From: Microbotryum violaceum
Lineage: Eukaryota
Assembly (NCBI GenBank): GCA_001244265.2
Contig: CDLV01000009.1
Location: 1,736,001-1,800,000, forward strand
DNA: 64,000 nucleotides
Direction of reading: 5' to 3'
A program made the translations under genes and the position numbers. The notes beneath the pieces are model-generated. The model searched no databases. It saw only the letters and a program-made list of their open reading frames with translations, and had not been told where the DNA came from. Shown here piece after piece: positions 59,994 through 64,000 of this stretch; the first letter of the stretch is position 1, and each line of letters begins with the position of its first letter.

Positions 59994-60737
59994 AGAAGCA
60001 GAAGAAGAAAGAGAGGGGATCTTTCAGGTTTATGAGAAGAACGATCGGATCCAGTCGTTGATGGCGTGATTGCCTGCTAACTCCTGAATTGCGGACTCCC
60101 CTCTCGACAATGGTACTCGTGATCCGATAAGAATCTACATTTCAAATTGTCAAGGCCAACAGCATTCGCAGCAGTAGCAAGTTGCGGACTGGGCTGAGGT
60201 GCCAAGTCACCTCGAGTGATCGATCAGGCCAATTATTGTTCGGCAAATTGCCTATCGATAATGCGCTTCCGGGTAAGTCCAATACTTCGGTGTCTCGAGG
60301 CCAACCGTAGCTCAAAATCAAACGCCCGTGATACACATGGAGGATCTGGCCGGCCGGGAGATAGAGGAGGTCATTATGCAAGGGCCCGTCACGTTGCGCT
60401 TCGGCGAGTCGGTGAACAAGGAGCCATGGTGGGAAATGGACGCCGGGCTTGTGCTTCTTGTGGTCAGGGAGAGGATTTCTGAGATCCAATATAGCATCTT
60501 ACCTGGGACTGGTTTTCTGCGTGTTTCAAGTCTCGTTCGGCATCGCTCTCTAGTACTGAATTCGCTGTCTCGTCGTCTCGTGCCCTCGTTTCTGCCTCCT
60601 TTTCCGCGCTCTCTCCTTCCACCCCCTGTCTATCCGCCATTTCGATCACTCTGCCCGCTTCCCTCACCTTGGGCTTCTTAGGAGGTGCTAGCTATCTGCC
60701 GCTGTACCATACAAATGGGACATTTGACGTTGCCCCT

Positions 60738-60923
60738 CATCGAATCGATCCGAGCACACTCAACGCTCCCGAACTGACACCTGAACGTTGGCAGTGGCGC
60801 ATCGAATCGATCAGAGCACACTCAACGCTCCCAAACTGACACCTGAACGTTGGCAGTGGCGCATCGAATCGATCAGAGCACACTCAACGCTCCCGAACTG
60901 ACACCTGAACGTTGGCAGTGGCG
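60738..60923. repeat. 62-bp minisatellite, 3 copies
   Basis: CATCGAATCGATCAGAGCACACTC...TTGGCAGTGGCG at 60738, 60800, 60862. Confidence 0.95.
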
Positions 60924-61469
60924 GCAAAGTTCGCGCTCTCTGAATAAGGTGCCTCCTCTGGCTCATCCCAGGTGTCTGATCTTTGGGCAGACGATTTATA
61001 AACTTGATATGTGGAAGGCTGATGCCGTTCGAGTTTCGTCAGGAGGCTGTGCCGAAGCCAGTGGCCACACAGCACTCTTCCGCACGTACTTAGGGAGAAG
61101 CCTGAATACTACACAAACCGGTTTCTTGACGTTTCCTACCTTAGTGGAGCACATCTGCAGGAGAACGAAGTGGTAGATTGCGTATTGAACCCGGTCGTTG
61201 GGAGCAATTACATAAACTCAAATTGCAAACACTTCATTTAACAGATGAAGGACCGTTACCATAATTGAGCGGGAAACCGAAGGACTGTCACCATAATTAA
61301 GCGGGAAACCGGGAGTTCCTGAGGGTCTTACTTCGCCAATAGTGCTAGAGTGCTATAGACTTGATGACCAAACTTTCTGATTTTCAACTTGATCAAGACG
61401 ACTATATGATTTCTAGAAAGGGTGGGGACTAGCAGGCGCTTACTCCACACGACCCCAGAGGTTTACTCG

Positions 61470-62021
61470 TCGCTCAAAGCTGGGTTCGAGTGTGGAAGCA
61501 TTCAGGCATGGTTTCCACTTGAACCGCAAGAATATTGAATCGGTTTGAGCCTTGCGCGTCAATGCTTCCGGCAGTGCTTGAGGTGGCAGTAAATTTTGCA
61601 GACAAGGGGTCTGTGCAGTGTGTAACGAACGTTATTTTTGTGAAGTAGCGAGTAGCACTCGACGTGCTGTCTCACCCCCATCCCTTCTTATCACATCTGA
61701 CGAGGCATGTTCTGATAAACGTACTCCAGCAATAGTACGTCAGTATCTTCCTTCCACTACAACGTACCAGACTCGATCGAGATTTGTTCTGACTGACTGG
61801 CACTTGACTCGACGATGGCTGTCTTTAATGTGAGCATGTTTGGTCAAGGGATCCGCCAGACTGTGAGAGCAACATGTAGAGTTCAGAGGCCCACGTTGTC
61901 ATCTGTAACTGTCGAGAGACACCACTCCCCTATCTCCACCAAGGCTGGTAGGTACCGCCATACCCAGTGCGACCAGAGAGGAGACGAGGACGGCGAGGAC
62001 GGCGAAGTTCTTGAAGTGCAT
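61470..62021 (-). other. Possible small secreted protein gene or pseudogene
   Basis: ATG 62021 encodes MHFKNFAVLAVLVSSLVALGMAVP (signal peptide-like); downstream exon structure unresolved. Confidence 0.35.
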
Positions 62022-64000
62022 CAAGGCAGGAATGGATCGGGATTAAGTGCTTGACAGATGCAGTGGGACGGAGAGAGAGAAGAGCGAAGATGAGATTCAG
62101 ACGATTCATACTCGCGGAACCGCTGATGCGAGACGGCGAGCGAAAGCGGCCCCTGATGCCGTGCTAGCCGTAGCGGGGAGAGGGCCGCGCCGGCCACGAC
62201 TCCTCTTCTTGGAGTCATGCAGCTTATCTCAAGGAACATCATCACCGCTAGCAACATCTTTACACCACGTGACACTGCACAATCCCCCTGTCTAGGGAGA
62301 ACCTCTTGATCACGTATCCAATCGAAAGTATCAGATGACCGGCCTCGACGGAGTCGCGCCGTCCGCGACCCCTGTCTTGCAGGAAGTGGAGGAGTAAGGA
62401 GTGTCACCTGCTTGCCTCGTGGTTAGCGTTCCACTTCAAAATCAGAGATCGAGTCTGTCATGGTTGCTGGGTTCATAGTCCCAATCTTCATCAGCTGCAC
62501 GCCACTATATCCGCTCCTTCACACCGGGGAGCACCGATCTGCTCTCTATGTTGTCTACCACATCATCTCGTTCGTTTTTGACGAAATGCCTTGCTCAACA
62601 GCTGGGTGAGCTCCAACACTGCAGACGAAACCAAGGCGTCTGCGAAGTAAGGGAGCTTTCTCTCTCGGTGCGGCCACAAGATCGAACCCTCTCTACCGTC
62701 TCGTCAATGCCGCTCTTTTTCCATCATCAAGGGCGGGCTCCTTTCGCTCTCACTCGTACGGCTTCACCTCATTCAACGCCTCCGCTGAAATTGGCAACAT
62801 TACCGTTCGGTTCATCTTCAAGTCCCACGACGCACCCCACTACTATTCAGTTCCGTTTCCCTTCTGATAAAAATCGGCGGCCGTCTCGAGGACGCACTCC
62901 TCAACATGACCGACCCCCAACTTCATCTACATTTTGTGAAATAGGGTCCATAAGCTAAGAGATGAATTACGGGTGTTTATCTTATAATACCCGATGTGGT
63001 CATAGTTTGACAGGGTGCTGGTGTTTGCCTTGGACTGTCCGCAATTAGTTATCTGTGTCTTGACATATGCTCGTTCGAAACCGGATGGTATCTCAGGCTG
63101 CATGAAATACTTCCAGACAATTGCTCATCACAGTTGACGCCTCCTGTGGTCTCTTCCACGTCCCTATGGCCGTCGCTCAAGCGCCCATCTGCAGCAAACA
63201 TGACAGGAGCTTGATCAGGGAACCCTGCGCCTCGAGCCTCAGACAGATATAGAAAAAAAGGTCAGACGCCTAGGTTTTGAGCTATGTATACGTATGCGAA
63301 GTCTAACCGGGCGAGCAGGCATCAGCAGACATAGGACCCTTCGGCATCGCGTTAGTTCGTGCGTTTCCGTCGCCGCCGGCCCATCTGATACTTGGGCAGC
63401 CCCTCTCAGGCGTTCCAGGAAAATATCGGATTACTTGATAATCCTTCTGAGCCAGAGTATTCATCGAGTGACGTGCGGTAGCTCAGGCGGGGTTCACACC
63501 GACTTCAACCGAGGACTAATCGAATAGTAGCAAAATCAGCTGGTCGGAATGGTCAGCACGTGTGCGGTCGACACAAGAGTGTGATCCGGTGTGCCGGAAG
63601 GCTCGTCCACCCTCGAGACGACAATCCATGCACCATATTTCTTGTTTCTCTTTCTATCATTCAGATACTTTTATATCGGACACCGTTCTTCCGCTCCTTT
63701 CGCAGATTTGTGTGTCCTCCGTCGAACCTCCCGGCCGCCTCGGCGGCCCGAGTGTAGGGAGCTGACGGTCAAGGGGTCCTGCCCCTCGGGCTGCTCATCG
63801 GCGACGAATTTTCTGCGAGGTCGACCAACCCCGCAAAACCGTGATCGGCGCTCGTCGCAACGTATTCGACAACCCTGGGTGAGCGATCGTCCTCCGGGTG
63901 TCGGGGTTCTTGCGGGGGTGCTTGCCTTGGCGAAAATGTTCCTCCCCATCGTGTGCTTCTCGTTCCTGCTGGCTGAAACATTCTTGACCTGGGAGAAGGC

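Larger units (their letters stand above)
57004..60674. repeat. Diverged tandem duplication, units ~57004-58575 and ~58699-60674
   Basis: Collinear shared blocks, e.g. CCATCCATTGCATCAA, GACCGAACCAAGCACAGTGCAA, TTTCTGCGTGTTTCAAGTCTCG, CTCACCTTGGG. Confidence 0.9.

Noticed and set aside
60738-60923. 62-bp repeats as a CRISPR array
   Set aside because: No unique spacers, eukaryotic context, no cas genes; plain minisatellite.
62500-64000. Protein-coding genes at the right edge
   Set aside because: Short ORFs without recognisable motifs; 63769..63981 may be the tail of a gene outside the window but is unsupported.

Overview
Eukaryotic, intron-rich, GC-rich fungal DNA. A basidiomycete, most likely Pucciniomycotina such as Microbotryum, is inferred from gene style and the TCG->TTG mutation pattern. 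About 1-40,300 is a nest of mostly degenerate transposons: at least six Ty1/copia families, one small TGTAA...TTACA LTR element, a near full-length L1/Tx1-like LINE, LINE relics, an intron-containing PIF/Harbinger transposase and a tyrosine-recombinase fragment. About 41,600-56,800 is a compact block of host genes (NOG1, DUF4050-like, LSM3, U1-C/YHC1, DBP8, RCF2, CDC1, MIX23), followed by a tandem pair of 6-Cys small secreted protein genes. Main observation: five unrelated LTR families share the layout CT-rich tract - X(AG) | GT-spacer - X'(branch point...AG), i.e. a spliceosomal-type intron whose 3' part duplicates the preceding exon, and single-X 'spliced' LTR variants also occur in the window. 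I propose (inference, untested) that this intron is spliced from the 5' leader and rebuilt during minus-strand transfer. Second highlight: an apparent 1-nt exon and a GC-AG intron in the U1-C gene. Exon and element boundaries were read by eye; no database searches were run, so novelty is unverified.
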